Of a DNA stretch of 64,000 nucleotides, positions 1 to 12,907 are shown piece by piece. The stretch comes from Macrostomum lignano (Eukaryota). The DNA lies in contig NIVC01003646.1 of NCBI GenBank assembly GCA_002269645.1, forward strand, positions 1-64,000, given 5' to 3'. Numbering within the stretch: the first letter of the stretch is position 1; each line of letters begins with the position of its first letter. A model generated the notes under the pieces. It ran no database searches. It worked only from the letters and a program-made list of their open reading frames with translations, and was not told where the DNA came from. The position numbers were made by a program, and so were the translations under genes.

Positions 1-1770
1 AGTTTATGGTGGCCAGTTTATGGTGGCTACAGTTTTGGTGGCTACAGTTTATGGTGGCTACAGTTTATGGTGGCTACAGTTATGGTGGCTACAGTTTATG
101 GTGGCTACAGTTTATGGTGGCTACAGTTTATGGTGGCTACAGTTTATGGTGGCTACAGTTTATGGTGGCTACAGTTTATGGTGGCTACAGTTTATGGTGG
201 CTACAGTTTATGGTGGCTACAGTTTATGGTGGCTACAGTTTATGGTGGCTACAGTTTATGGTGGCTACAGTTTATGGTGGCTACAGTTTATGGTGGCTAC
301 AGTTTATGGTGGCTACAGTTTATGGTGGCTACAGTTTATGGTGGCTACAGTTTATGGTGGCTACAGTTATGGTGGCTACAGTTATGGTGGCTACAGTTTA
401 TGGTGGCTACAGTTTATGGTGGCTACAGCTTATGGTGGCTACAGTTTATGGTGGCTACAGTTTATGGTGGCTACAGTTTATGGTGGCTACAGTTTATGGT
501 GGCCACAGTTTATGGTGGCTACAGTTTATGGTGGCTACAGTTTATGGTGGCTACAGTTTATGGTGGCTACAACTTATGTGGCCACAGTTTATGGTGGCTA
601 CAGTTTATGGTGGCTACAGTTTATGGTGGCTACAGTTTATGTGGCTACAGTTTATGGTGGCTACAGTTTATGGTGGCCAAGTTTATGGTGGCTACAGTTT
701 ATGGTGGCTACAGTTTATGGTGGCTACAGTTTATGGTGGCTACAGTTTATGGTGGCTACAGTTTATGGTGGCTACAGTTTATGGTGGCCACAGTTTATGG
801 TGGCTACAGTTATGGTGGCTACAGTTATGGTGGCTACAGTTTGGTGGCTACAGTTATGGTGGCTACAGTTTATGGTGGCTACAGTTTATGGTGGCTACAG
901 TTATATGGTGGCTACAGTTTATGGTGGCTACAGTTTATGGTGGCTACAGTTTATGGTGGCTACAGTTTATGGTGACTACAGTTTATGGTGGCTACAGTTT
1001 ATGGTGGCTACAGTTTATGGTGGCTACAGTTTATGGTGGCTACAGTTTATGGTGGCTACAGTTTATGGTGGCTACAGTTTATGGTGGCTACAGTTTATGT
1101 GGCTACAGTTTATGGTGGCTACAGTTTATGGTGGCTACAGTTATGGTGGCTACAGTTATGGTGGCTACAGTTATGGTGGCTACAGTTTATGGTGGCTACA
1201 GCTTATGGTGGCCACAGTTTATGGTGGCTACAGTTTATGGTGGCTACAGCTTATGGTGGCTACAGTTATGGTGGCTACAGTTTATGGTGGCTACAGTTTA
1301 TGGTGGCTACAGTTTATGGTGGCTACAACTTATGTTGGCCACAGTTTATGGTGGCTACAGTTTATGGTGGCTACAGTTTATGGTGGCCACAGTTTATGGT
1401 GGCTACAGTTTATGGTGGCTACAGCTTATGGTGGCTACAGTTATGGTGGCTACAGTTATGGTGGCTACAGTTTATGGTGGCTACAGCTTATGGTGGCACA
1501 GATTATGGTGGCTACAGTTTATGGTGGCTACAGCTTATGGTGGCAGTTATGGTGCACAGTTTATGGTGGCTACAGTTTATGGTGGCTACAGTTTATGGTG
1601 GCTACAGTTTATGGTGGCTACAACTTATGTTGGCCACAGTTTATGGTGGCTACAGTTTATGGTGGCTACAGTTTATGGTGGCTACAGTTTATGGTGGCTA
1701 CAGTTTATAGTGCTACAGTTTATGGTGGCTACATTTTATGGTGGCTACAGTTTATGGTGGCTACAGTTTT
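1..1770. repeat. 16-bp tandem satellite (TTTATGGTGGCTACAG)n, about 110 copies, continues off the window's left edge
   Basis: The unit is read directly. The MVATVYGGYSLWWLQF ORFs in all three + frames equal 3 units (48 bp), so they are artefacts. Confidence 0.97.
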
Positions 1771-2304
1771 CCAAACGAAATACATTACCAAAAAATTATT
1801 CTGTTTCATATTGTTTGTATTGAATTAAATTGTCCACGAAAATTATTTTCGAAACATTAGGGCTAAACAGCTATAATTTTTGCATCGTATTTGGTTTTTC
1901 TTCATTTAAATTGGTACCAGCTACTACAATTAAAAGTTACGAGCGTACAGGTGCGATGGAATTTCGTTTCATAGACCAGTTTGTAAATCTGGCGACAGGC
2001 TGCAAGCCGTCTGAATGATTAACTATAATGTCTCTGGCCAAAACATCAAACGCAGACACATTGCCTGTTGAGATTTGCCCGCAGTGCATTTTTCCCGTGA
2101 GTGAATTGCCACCCCCCGAATTTTTCATGCCGAGGTTTGCCCGCAATGTTTTTTCCTGCAGCGCATATTATAGATACTCGGTCAGATACTGTCTGCATTG
2201 CCCTCTCCCCAATGCTTTAGCAAGTCTTTAAACAAAGATATGCCCGATCAAAACTTTTCGATAATAAATGCATGTGAGATGCATATTTTCTTGTTCAATG
2301 CGAC

Positions 2305-2490
2305 TGTAGACCCATTCTCTAGACCCATTCTCTAGACCCATTCTCTAGACCCATTCTCTAGACCCATTCTCTAGACCCATTCTCTAGACCCTTTCTGTAG
2401 ACCAATTCTGTGTAAACCCTTCCTCTAGACTCTCTTGTCTAGACCCATTCTCTAGAACCTTTCTCTATACCCATTCTCAGACCCTCTTCT
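2305..2490. repeat. 13-bp minisatellite (AGACCCATTCTCT)n, degenerating to the right
   Basis: About 7 near-perfect copies, then diverged ones. Confidence 0.9.
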
Positions 2491-3013
2491 ATAGACCCTA
2501 TTCCGTCCTGAGGTCCTTTCCCTGGAGGAGCAATCGTTTGCTTTTTTGGATCTACGAGCGTATGCACAATGGACGCTACAAAGCTGTAAATTAGGTTTGT
2601 TGGCTCATGTCTGATTTTTAAACTAAAAATTCACTATAGGAACAATAATGAATACCTATCTTAGATTTCTTTCAAGTCGTGGCCACAGAATTTAGCATTC
2701 ATGGTTTAGTACACAGAAGTTCAAAGTTAGCAATCAGTTAAGAACTTCATCCCAATCTAATTAAATCAATTGCACAACCATCTACACTAGCAACTACTTG
2801 TTACTTCAAATGCTCCAGGTTATGAGACTGCCTATCTCGCCAGTGCCTTGCAAAGCATAATTAAATCATTTTTCTGCAATTCTTACGAGTCACATTTCGA
2901 AATACACGTTCTGTTACTATCCAACCTGCTGTGCGTAAACGGATACCATACAATATGCTGCTGTCACTTTGAATAGAAAGACGAGTTTTAATTATGCACA
3001 CAATCGTAACTTT

Positions 3014-3397
3014 TTAGACGCAATGGTACTCACGGTTAAAAATAAAGTGAGTGACATTGAAATCGCGAAAACTGTCCAGCCTCAAGACGACAGTGCCGGC
3101 CTCCGATCCCAGAACTTTTGATTCGCTACTTCCACTTGGGTGAAAGGACGCCGGCTGGGTTACCAGCCGGCAAAGACAGCTGCTCGGTCGGTACTCGAGA
3201 GCAACGCAGTCCCTCATCCGGCACAGAGTCAGGCAACCCTGCAGGGATTCCACTCCAGAGATGTTACTGACTTGGCTGCTGACTCCGGAGTTGATCGTAA
3301 GGACACCATTGTGCTGCGTGTAGCGAGCAGGATTGCAGGATCCTGCAAAGCGATTGTAGGGCGTTAAAGAGCTGCACATATGCAATCTCCTGGTCAC
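3014..3397 (-). pseudogene. PAN/apple-like domain ORF, possibly an exon or a frameshifted gene
   Basis: Cys pattern SLQGCLTLCRMRDCVALEYRPSSCLCRLV. A hydrophobic stretch (QLVQAVLLIGFLPA) lies upstream in another frame. Confidence 0.4.
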
Positions 3398-3493
3398 TGC
3401 CTCTCCTTGCAGGCAGGAAGCCTATTAGCAGCACCGCCTGCACCAGCTGTGCGGGCTATGAGTCACTGACAGCGCGAATGTTCACTTAGACTG

Positions 3494-3610
3494 TAGGGGT
3501 CGGCAAACTCTGGCCCGAGGGCCGCATGCAGACCGGTAAGCCTCTGTATCCAGACCGTCGAGCCCTTCCTTTGAAACTTCAGAATAACAATCCGGCCCGG
3601 TCAGAGTATA
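3494..3610 (+). mobile_element. hAT-like terminal fragment; a related end is at 39543
   Basis: TAGGGGTCGGCAAACTCTGGCCCGAGGGCCGCATGC resembles hAT/Charlie-type ends. A CT-rich tract follows at both sites. Confidence 0.3.
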
Positions 3611-5825
3611 CGAATTTTGTCTCTTCTCATCTCTCCTCTTATCTCCCTGCTTCTCTCTCCTCTTCTCTCCCCCACCCTCTTCTCTCCTCTACTCTTCTCT
3701 AATTTAATCTCTCACCTCTACTCTCTCATCTTTTATCTGTATTTTCTCACATGCATGTAGATAATGCAGAATCCACTAATATGCAAATCAATTGGCTTAC
3801 CTTGAGCAGCATCCCAGAAAATACAGCAACAGACCAGAAGCATTAACAAGCCGAAAATTATTGACTCCATTGGGAATTTTTAACGCAATCTTGCAAATAT
3901 CTTTCCGGGCTCTCAGTAGGATGCTCAAAGTTGTTTTCTACTTCTCATTTTTGAAGGAATTCCGTGTGGGTGTAAAATATTTTGCTGCATGGTTGCTAGG
4001 ACAGCCACTCGCCATTGTCTCTCCTTGCCTTCCTTGCCTTTCCCTCCTCCCTACCTGGCCCATACTTCTGGCAGTAGTTTCCACTATGTCTAATAGATAG
4101 ACGCAGATAGAGTTAGAGCAGAAGTTTCTAGAAATAAATTTCTAAAAGAAGGCATTCTGCTTCCATCTTTACTTTTCTAAACCTAGCTTAGCCACCTCAG
4201 ATCGTAACTCTGTCGTTTTTAAAGAGCGAATCTATCAGAAAAATAGTTATGCCGACAAAAACGTGATACTGCCAGCCTTTTGTCCAGACTTTTAAACTTT
4301 CTTAATTGTCTACTATGGAGTGGTTTTGTTCTCGCTAGTCAAGTGGGCAATCAGATACTTTACCCTCTACATGTAGTTCTACTGCTAGTTAGTTAAGAGA
4401 AATTGGCAAAAGTTAGTAAAGTCGATTGCTGCAACAAGCCCTTTTTGCAGTAGTAGAAAAACTGAGTAAAAATTGCAACTTTCTTGGCTCCCATCATAAT
4501 GCCTTTATTTGAGGACTTTGCCAAGGCTTGGAAATGCTAGGGAAAAATCAATATTGGGAATTGCTGCTGGAATTTTCCTGCTCTTTAAGGAGATGAGGAG
4601 GGAGAAGAGGAGTATAACTCTCTCCCATATTACGCTCGTATCTAGTCTTCAAGTCTTTCTTTCTCTCTTTCTTCTGTGGCCTGTCTTTACTAAGCATTTA
4701 ACACTCTACACGCATTCAATTGCCTATAGCTTTTCCACTTGGCCTACTGAGGCGTGATCTAGCTTGTAAGAAGCAGTCGACGTAGCCCCGTGACGTCGTG
4801 CTATTGTTTCATCTTCAAGTCAGATGATGAAGCAGTAAAAAAATTGTAGCTCTCACGAGTTAACGCGTAAGTTTCTTTGCCAAAGTAAAATTACTCAAAA
4901 TTGATATATACTCCAAGTAAGCTATTCTCATTCTCAGCCGCAGTATTTAATTCCATTCTAGAGGCTAAAGTTGAAATTTTATCTCCATCTTCTATTATTT
5001 AGTCCGAAAAAGGATTCGAGATTGTGGAATCACTCCGCATACTGAATAAACTGATAAAAAAGGTAATGCACATTAGAGAAAAATAATTAATATTTACAGA
5101 GGGCAGTTTTATAGGTAATTATAGTAGGCATCAATTCCTCTGTCAATAGTCAGGCAAAAAGTCCACACGGATAACATTTTAGGTCAGAGAGAGAGAGCCT
5201 GCTTACATACCTTTAAACAATCAAATATACTATAACGATTGAAAGAGCAAATAGTAGTACTATATTCATCATCGTCTTGGACGCAAAATTATGCAACCAC
5301 GATTGTAAGCGTGTACAACTGTCGGTAGCACAGAAGTATTAAAGTATCCGTGTGCTTTAAAATTTCCTATCTGCAAAACAAGGAAAACGAAAGCAAGGCG
5401 TATATACAGGATGCGACACTCATGTTTCATGGGTAAAAGTTTTGAAGGCACTAATTTGAAGGCAAAATACACTACGGAGATAAGAAGTTTTCATTTTTCA
5501 GCACAAAAATTGTTATTGCCTTCGATAGGAGGCAGACCCAGTGTTCATCTTTTGATATGTTGTGCCGTTCTTATAGCTCTATTGATATTCATAAAGCTTT
5601 TTGATAGGAAAATTATGTTAGTTTCTTATTCATAATAAGAAATACAAATACAAATAAGTATCAACAAATATTACGAAAAATATTAGCATATTAGCAAACT
5701 TTTTAAAGTTAAACTCAAATAGCTAGCCACTTCCACAAGATATACGAAGTAGCTCTTCAAATATTGTAGGGAATCCGTAATCAGAACATATCCGTAACGA
5801 ACAGAATGTTATCTGCGCTCGTATA

Positions 5826-7409
5826 CTAACTCACATGAGCGCACAAGCATTCTCTTAGAAATGCGCAAGCTCTTGACGTAATCGACGGCGCAGGCGTGTC
5901 TTCTCTTTCGACATCGGCGTCGGGCATAAACTGATTGGGAATCCTCATGCCGAATACCAGATCTTGCAGCTTAACGATTGGATCTTCTGAAAAAAATTTA
6001 CTGAACTGCTCAGAACATTTTTTCTCGTTATTCTGACACCACTCAAGCACCGATACTTCGTTTTTGTTGCTTTGTTTTATTTTGATTTCTAGAATCAAAT
6101 TGGCTAGATCGGCTGTGGTTAAGCAGATGCAGAAGTTTGCGGTGCAAGGCGTTTCAGTTGGGCTAGCAAGAGTGTTCAGTGTCTCGATCATCACTTCCAT
6201 CACTTTTTGAATTCTTTTCTTGTCATTATCGTTAAATTCAGCATTTGAATTGGCTTGCTTAACTGTGTAGAATACGGAAACGAACTCGTTCGGTTCACTG
6301 GTGCTGATGCGCGGATGTTCAACGGTGGACTCCAGAACGATGGGTTCACTAACCTCGCGTTGTCCAACTCCGATTGAGGTGTGGGGAATCTCTGGTCCGT
6401 ATAGAGGAGAGACGCTTTGAGGAGCGAGACTCCTCAGAGTTTCAAATGCTTGACTGGCTGTGATTCTCTTATCGGGCTCATCGTCAAGCAAACCCGATAG
6501 CAAATCTTTGATTACCGGCATTTGGAGGCCGAAGGCGGCAGAATCTTTGAACTTCGAGTCATTCAGACGTGCCACCAATCTTGTACGCTCGCAGAAGTAG
6601 ATAATACTGTCAGCACTTTGATAATCTGTAGGACAATAAGGTTTTCCTATTTTATCTGGTATTTCGCGGAACAGCGCTTCCAGACAGAGTGCACCGAACG
6701 AGAAGCAGTCGGCTGCGACGGTGTATGCCAGCCGTCTGTCGGAACTGTGCGGCATCAGCTCCGGTGCTCTCCAGCCGGGAGTTCCGACGCCTCCAGTCAT
6801 GATATTTTCTACCGGTCTGCTGATGTCAAAGTCGCAAAGCTTGCATAGTCTGCCCTGGTTAAACAGCAATACATTGCAACTTTTCAGGTCTCTGTGAATG
6901 ACCGGCTTTACCTCATTGTTGAAGCGAATTCCTCCGTGCAAGTATTTTAGTGCTGTAGAAATTTGAAACAGAAAGCTGATGCAGTGGCTAAAAGAGTATT
7001 TGCCTTCGGCATCATCAGTTTGATAGGCTACTTCGTCTTTCAGGACGTCAAACAGGCTGCATTCGGCAAGCTCCATCAAAAACAACGGTCCGTAATCGAG
7101 ATACACCTCAAAGTAGGCAGTGACCGAAACAATGTGGGGATGCGCCGTGTTGGAGTTCGCATCCTTGAAGCTTGCTAGAAGTTCGTACTCGCGCCTAAAT
7201 GCATCTCTGTTTCTTTGCAGTTCTGCAAGATCTCTTTCGTCATTTTTTCTGCTCTTAGCAAAGGACTTCATTGCAGAATGACTGCCACCGTTTGTGGCTT
7301 CTCGAAGCACTTCGCAGCGAAATATACCGTGGGAATGCTGGATGGGATGAATATTTGATATCTCTGTAATGTCAGAACAGGAAAAACTGCCGTCAGACTG
7401 TTGCATCAT
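5826..7409 (-). CDS. Intronless TKL-group (MLK/TAK1-like) protein kinase, 527 aa, with DFD in place of DFG and no glycine-rich loop
   Basis: AMK (beta3 Lys), RREYELL (alphaC Glu), IHRDLKSCN, CDFD, GTPGWRAPE and DCFSFG are in order, followed by an unrecognised C-terminal region of about 200 aa. Confidence 0.9.
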   Translation of the reverse strand: MMQQSDGSFSCSDITEISNIHPIQHSHGIFRCEVLREATNGGSHSAMKSFAKSRKNDERDLAELQRNRDAFRREYELLASFKDANSNTAHPHIVSVTAYFEVYLDYGPLFLMELAECSLFDVLKDEVAYQTDDAEGKYSFSHCISFLFQISTALKYLHGGIRFNNEVKPVIHRDLKSCNVLLFNQGRLCKLCDFDISRPVENIMTGGVGTPGWRAPELMPHSSDRRLAYTVAADCFSFGALCLEALFREIPDKIGKPYCPTDYQSADSIIYFCERTRLVARLNDSKFKDSAAFGLQMPVIKDLLSGLLDDEPDKRITASQAFETLRSLAPQSVSPLYGPEIPHTSIGVGQREVSEPIVLESTVEHPRISTSEPNEFVSVFYTVKQANSNAEFNDNDKKRIQKVMEVMIETLNTLASPTETPCTANFCICLTTADLANLILEIKIKQSNKNEVSVLEWCQNNEKKCSEQFSKFFSEDPIVKLQDLVFGMRIPNQFMPDADVEREDTPAPSITSRACAFLRECLCAHVS

Positions 7410-9339
7410 ATACAGATGACAGCTACAACTCTTTCGTGCACTTTAAGAATTGAGTTATGAGAAAAAGTCAGCCGCTCGCTCGGTTCTGAAATAAAAAAAT
7501 GTTTGAAACGTTGGTTGATCATCGTACGAATAGTTTTAAACTGTTTTATGTGTCGAAAATACTAGCACTTATGCCTATTTTAGGTTTCGGAAGACTTAGA
7601 CTTGCAATCGAATGCACATGAATCACGTGTATGTATATCATGCATATCATGCAACGTCATTGTACATAATGTCATTATTTTAGCCTAACATAATCCGTGG
7701 CGGCCATTACGAGCTACTGCAGCGTAAAGGAAACAGTCACGCAAATAAAGTTTTTTTAACTTTTAACTAAATTCCTACAGAAAATCATTGAATCAAAGTG
7801 ACGGCCAAAGCTGCATATTCTCTAAACTGCGCTATTAATTTGTTCAGAAGACCCTATCACATGGTTTAGCGACCCATCAAGACTTCTCAAAGACGCCATG
7901 GAAATTATTTACCAAATTTAGCAGTGTTGCAAGTGGTAGTATTGGTGACAATGTCACAAAAGTATAAGAATTTTAAAAGAAAATAGGTAAACCACAGCTT
8001 AAAACTGCGCCATAGTGCTTATTATGGGCGTAAATTCAAATGCTACGATGGCCGACATCTTTCAATTGTGACAAACTGAATGATTAAGGATTTAACACTT
8101 ATTGTATAATTAATTATATTGACAGTTTATAGTAGATTTAGGCAAAGGAGAGCTATTCTTTAATTAATTTTGAGGAAGTTTATCGTTGCTAGTGATAACA
8201 GGATAGCTTATGAAATATTTAATAAATAAATTAAATAAATCAAAGTAACTCAATTTCATTTAGAATCCTATGCTCAGCTTTCTATCCGAGCCTATTCTAT
8301 ATTTGAGTTTTTACAAAGCAGTCACAGAAGAGAAACAGTAAACTATACCTTGCGAAACTTGTAAAAAAGAGCCGTTCTATGCTGTACGTATTAATTGCGC
8401 TGCTTCAGCCTGCTGCTTGGCAAGATTTCGTAGATAAAAGCAGCAGTAGTGTGCAAGGGTACGAGCGTAAAATGTAAACGTTCTTTAGCTTAAATTATCC
8501 AAGCAAAGTTTTATACTCTGGCAGGCTTGGTGCAAAGGGACGGATTTTATGTGCTTATTGGGCTATTCCAAGAAAAATGTGCGTGCATTTATTCTTTACT
8601 TGGTGTTACGTGGGCGTTACTGACAGCACTCTACAGTGCAGGAGGAGCGCACAATCAAATTCGTTGCCTCGGTCGTTTTGACAATAGCCAAGTGTTCTAG
8701 TTAGTTATATCCGCCTGCTTCAGTGACGTCTCTCGAGCTTATCGTTTCTAGATGTAAATTTAAGGTAGGAGTGTATACCCTGCACTATAACTTTTAGTGT
8801 TTTGCTATCTGTGGTTAAGCTTGTTTGCTAGTTAATAGCAGTGCAGCACACAGTTGCTTTTATTTAATATTTAATTTCAGATCCAACATACTTTATTTTA
8901 TAATTTTTATCTCGGTTTTTTAGGGGCCTCAGTTTTTAAACTCTGGATAGCAGTAAAGTTTTTGAGCTTATAAATTCATGAACTTGCAACTTTATTCTCT
9001 TCTAACTTATCTGACTGTCCTCTTCTTAAATTTAAAAACTGTCCAGTGCAAACTTTAAACTGAAAAAATACATATTTGGTACAAAGTTCTATCGGTACAC
9101 TCTGATAAGTAATATGTTTCGCGTAGTTAGTAATTACTTTATTACAATATGAAAAAAATTAGCATCATATTTTTTCCGGCAGTTAGATTTAAATAGTCAA
9201 AAATGGAGGAAATCATTGACAGCCCCGTACAGTACATGTATAAATTTGCTAGGCAACGTAAAACAGTGCGTGCTTAGTGTTAGTAAGTTAGCAAGTCAGT
9301 TAGTTCTTAAAGAAAGAAGCCTCACAGGTCGTGCCTCAT

Positions 9340-9720
9340 CAAGGTCTGGGCGTGACTGACCGAATCTGGGGCGTCAGCCAGCAGGAAGAACGCTGAGTTC
9401 GCGTCTGTCTTCGCTGGTAGGGTGCCTGAAGAGTCAGTAGCACCGGTTGTATGCGCGGAGAAAGTTGCCTGCCAGCTGGAGTCGAAGACGGAGCAACAGG
9501 TTTTTGAATGGACCGATGCAGTGTGGCGATGTTGACTTACTCGTCGCAGATCTTGAAGCCAGTGTGCGCCGCGTCAACTTACTATTTGAGCGAGTCCGTT
9601 AGCATCCAGATCCTGGCCGAGTTGTACAGCAGGACAGTCTCGACCATCGCTAGGAAGAACGCCGCTTTCTGGTGTCAGGTTGGGCCTCGGACTACAGCTA
9701 GAACTGCCGTCTACAGAACG
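9340..9720 (-). mobile_element. Degenerate RTE-like non-LTR retrotransposon 3' fragment
   Basis: The minus strand reads AFFLAMVETVLLYNSARIWMLTDSLK**VDAAHT, then frameshifted RLRLQLAGNFLRA. This matches the post-RT region of RTE LINEs (VESVLLYG.E.W.LT...RRL.LAGH). Confidence 0.65.
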
Positions 9721-11420
9721 AAAGGCAGTCTAGTGAGCCCGAGCACAAGTTAAGTTCTGAAGACTGTCTTAGCTAGCTGTAAAGTTCGCTTAGAAGGCAC
9801 ATATGATCGATACAGATAGAATCGATGGATATCCTGATATTGATCAGTATAGGTACAGTAGTACCTCTAGTGGCAGTGCAGAGTGCGCCTGTAACATCAA
9901 ATGTCAAAGTACGCTTCGAACATGCGGTTAAACTGTAGTCTTCTTTTTTACATGGAATCATAATTTTGATTGGTTAGCTAACAAATCATAAAGCAAATTG
10001 GTGTGATAGAAACCTGTAAATGCCTACAGAAAAAGCCTACAGTACGGACGAACGAATAGGTACATGTTAGGGTTCAGTAAAGGTAGAGTGGCATATTGGC
10101 TTCTATTTCGGTACATAGGAGGAGAAATTAGGAAAGTTTTCGGCAGCAAAGTTTCTATGCTAAAGAGAGAGTGGAAGAGAGAGGAAGAAAAGAGAAAGAT
10201 CTGTTAAAAGGAACAGAGGTGTTCGAAGGTACACTTGGTCTTACCGATCTTACACGTACTTCTTCCAGAAGTTTCCGTCTACTTTCTATTGGTGTTACTT
10301 CCTTCTTGTCTTTGATTTTTTGCGAACGCGCTAGAATGAATATGCGGGATTGATGCTTGCATATATATATATATATACCCTTCTTGCGTACAACCTCTCA
10401 GAGCTAGCTAGAAAGGCTGAATCATTTAGACTTTGATTAGTTAAGAGTTCTGCTTGAAATAGGTATTTTTGTTTTATTAAGTAAACTTTTTAAGTTCCTG
10501 ACCTTTTTAGACGATTTTTTTGTATATTCTAGACAAAAGCATTCTGTTTCGATCCGAAGCACTTCTGGCTAGCAGTTATACAGCCCTATCTGGTATTTTT
10601 GTTTTGCTGAAGAAATTTTTCTGCATCATTTTGTTCTGCAAGCTAAAACTATACCTAAAAGTGTACATCGAAACGAGCCTCGGAAACCCGTTACTTCGTC
10701 CAGTCATAATCGAAGACTGTACAATAAGCTTCCTGGTTCGACGGAAACGTTACTGGCATATCGCTCGCTGGTCCAGCGTGATACATAAAGCGACCTAAAG
10801 GGAGAGAAAATCCTTCGCTAAGAGGACGTCCGTGTCCTCTTCGCTTCCACCGATTAATTCCTCGATTTTCGGTCCAGAATAATTTCGTAGCACCTGAAAA
10901 GAGCAGCGTCCAAGTTTTATCGGTGGCTAATTTTTCGAAACCATGTACGGCAGAAGCTACGGTGATTCAGTGAGTGAGCAACGCTGTACAACCGTATATG
11001 TAATGGGGCAATGGGTGTATTAAATTCAAGGATAAATTGCGAGCAAAACATAATCTTTTCGTAAGCTTTTTAAGAAAACATTGCACCGACACATTTTTCC
11101 TACGCAGTGTAATGCATCAATTCTGTCTGAGAGTCACATCTGTCTGTTTTGGGGTCATATCTGTCTGCCTGTCTGTCTGGGGGTCACATCTTAGTAGGAC
11201 TTTAAATAAAAAAATTATGCTAGTAAGGCACATACTGCCACAAGTAGTATTATCTTTTTTCTCGCATCATAGCCATCGCAAATTTTCGAATCAAAGCTTC
11301 AAAATCCAGAAGAAGCATTCGATTTAAACTAATTTTACTCCTTTTAGCCTTGATAGAAATGATTTTTAGACGAAATTTCGAAACTTTAGGAAAAATGGCG
11401 TTCCAACTTGTTTAGTACTA

Positions 11421-11558
11421 TCAAGGACCACTAGCTGACAGTATATGACATAAGACTTTTTCTTATCTCTGCAGTGTATTTTTTGACGGAAATCGGCCTC
11501 CAGAAAAATTAGACGATCTTTGAGTGTAGCGCCCTGATATACTGCTAGTGGTCCTTGA
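11421..11558. mobile_element. Small MITE-like inverted-repeat element
   Basis: TCAAGGACCACTAGC...GCTAGTGGTCCTTGA. A related motif occurs at about 41530-41575. Confidence 0.4.
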
Positions 11559-12400
11559 GTAATTGAAGTTTGGCAAGCACTTCTTTAGAAGTTTTCAAAC
11601 TAGTGTCAAAAGCAGTGCCTAAAGACAAAAACTTCCAAATCGACTGAAAATGAGTATTAAAAAAGCAATCGAATTTTATAAACTTTTCCGTTCTAAAGCT
11701 AGTCAGTTAGGCATACTTTTTTGACAGCATTCATTCCCATTCCTCAGTTAAAAGCTGAAATACTAGTAGCTTTCAGGCCTAAATAGACTTGTATGGTACC
11801 ACTGGAAATGTTTTGCATAAACAAGAGCTTGCGCAGAACTGGCAGCCAAAAATAGAATCTGCGGAGATGCATGCAAGTTGACTTGACTGCAGCGTCAATA
11901 CGCAGAATTGCTTCTTGGGATTATCTGCTCCATCTACCAGCATCACCAACGCCGCCTATATCTTACACTCCCCGTTGCCTTGAACTATAAGCATCGGCTT
12001 GGAAGGGAAAACTCGGTGGGCGTTGCGTTCGGTTGGTTCGAAAGTGCGGTGCTTGAAAACTTTGCCAGACCCCTGTTCCGTCCTACCCCGAGACGCATTG
12101 GCTGGCTTATGCCGGATAGAGGGAGAAGGAGAAATTATGGGAAACGGCAGTGGATGTCGATGCTGTTCTGCACAGCCATCATCAGCGAAGGCGATCAGCA
12201 ATTGCCATGTTTGAGGGGGAAAGGAGTGTACATTCGAGGATTCTGTGCTCTCGCGTACGCGTGCGTCCCCGTCCTTGAGGGGGATGGAACGGCCCAGTGC
12301 GAACCTTCAGTTGACTAAATCACTCCTACTGGCTAGGGAATATTTCACTTTTCCCATGCGAAAGTCTCCAATAGCCCAGAGGCTGTCTTCAGAGTATATA

Positions 12401-12494
12401 ATCTAATATAATCTCCAGAGGCAAAGCGAATGTCATACCGTTGACATCTAATATAATCTCCAGAGGCAAAGCGAATGTCATACCGTTGACATCT
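12401..12494. repeat. 45-bp direct tandem duplication
   Basis: ATCTAATATAATCTCCAGAGGCAAAGCGAATGTCATACCGTTGAC occurs twice. Confidence 0.9.
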
Positions 12495-12568
12495 CTAATA
12501 AACGGTCATCAAGCTAAAAAATCTCGGTCAAATATTCTTCAACCAGCATGAGGCTTAGTTAAGACAGC

Positions 12569-12829
12569 TATATAAATCCCAGGAGAACACACCGATCACA
12601 GATTCTATATCCCTGTTTCTACCCTTAGTCAATAACTGGTAAGTGATTGCAAAATGTTCATAAAGCTGCGCTTAAAACAGAGAAATTTTTATGAGCAATT
12701 GCGAAGACTTCGGTGAATTCTTTGTTAAGTCAGTGCCTTTCATGACATTTAGCCTTGCAATCTACAGCGCAAAAAGATCAGCAAAAATGATCAATATTCC
12801 AATCCTCACCCCTCTGTTCCCCCATACAG
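12569..12829 (+). promoter_or_regulatory. Putative TATA box, short non-coding first exon (about 12597-12638) and intron 12639-12829 of the long FHOD isoform
   Basis: TATATAAA at 12569, donor G|GTAAGT at 12639, and a pyrimidine tract with ACAG| at 12829, upstream of ATG 12908. Confidence 0.5.
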
Positions 12830-12907
12830 GCTCTTCGCTCATCGGCGCTGGCCAGCGCACGGCGCGGCTCCGCGTCCGGTGCCAGCTCGTCTTTATACTC
12901 CACCGGC

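Noticed and set aside
6-1828. Long MVATVYGGYSLWWLQF ORFs
   Set aside because: They are translations of a 16-bp satellite, with the same peptide in all frames.
9500-9755. In-frame TAGs suggesting stop-codon reassignment
   Set aside because: The region is the antisense of a decayed RTE LINE, and the real genes here use the standard code.
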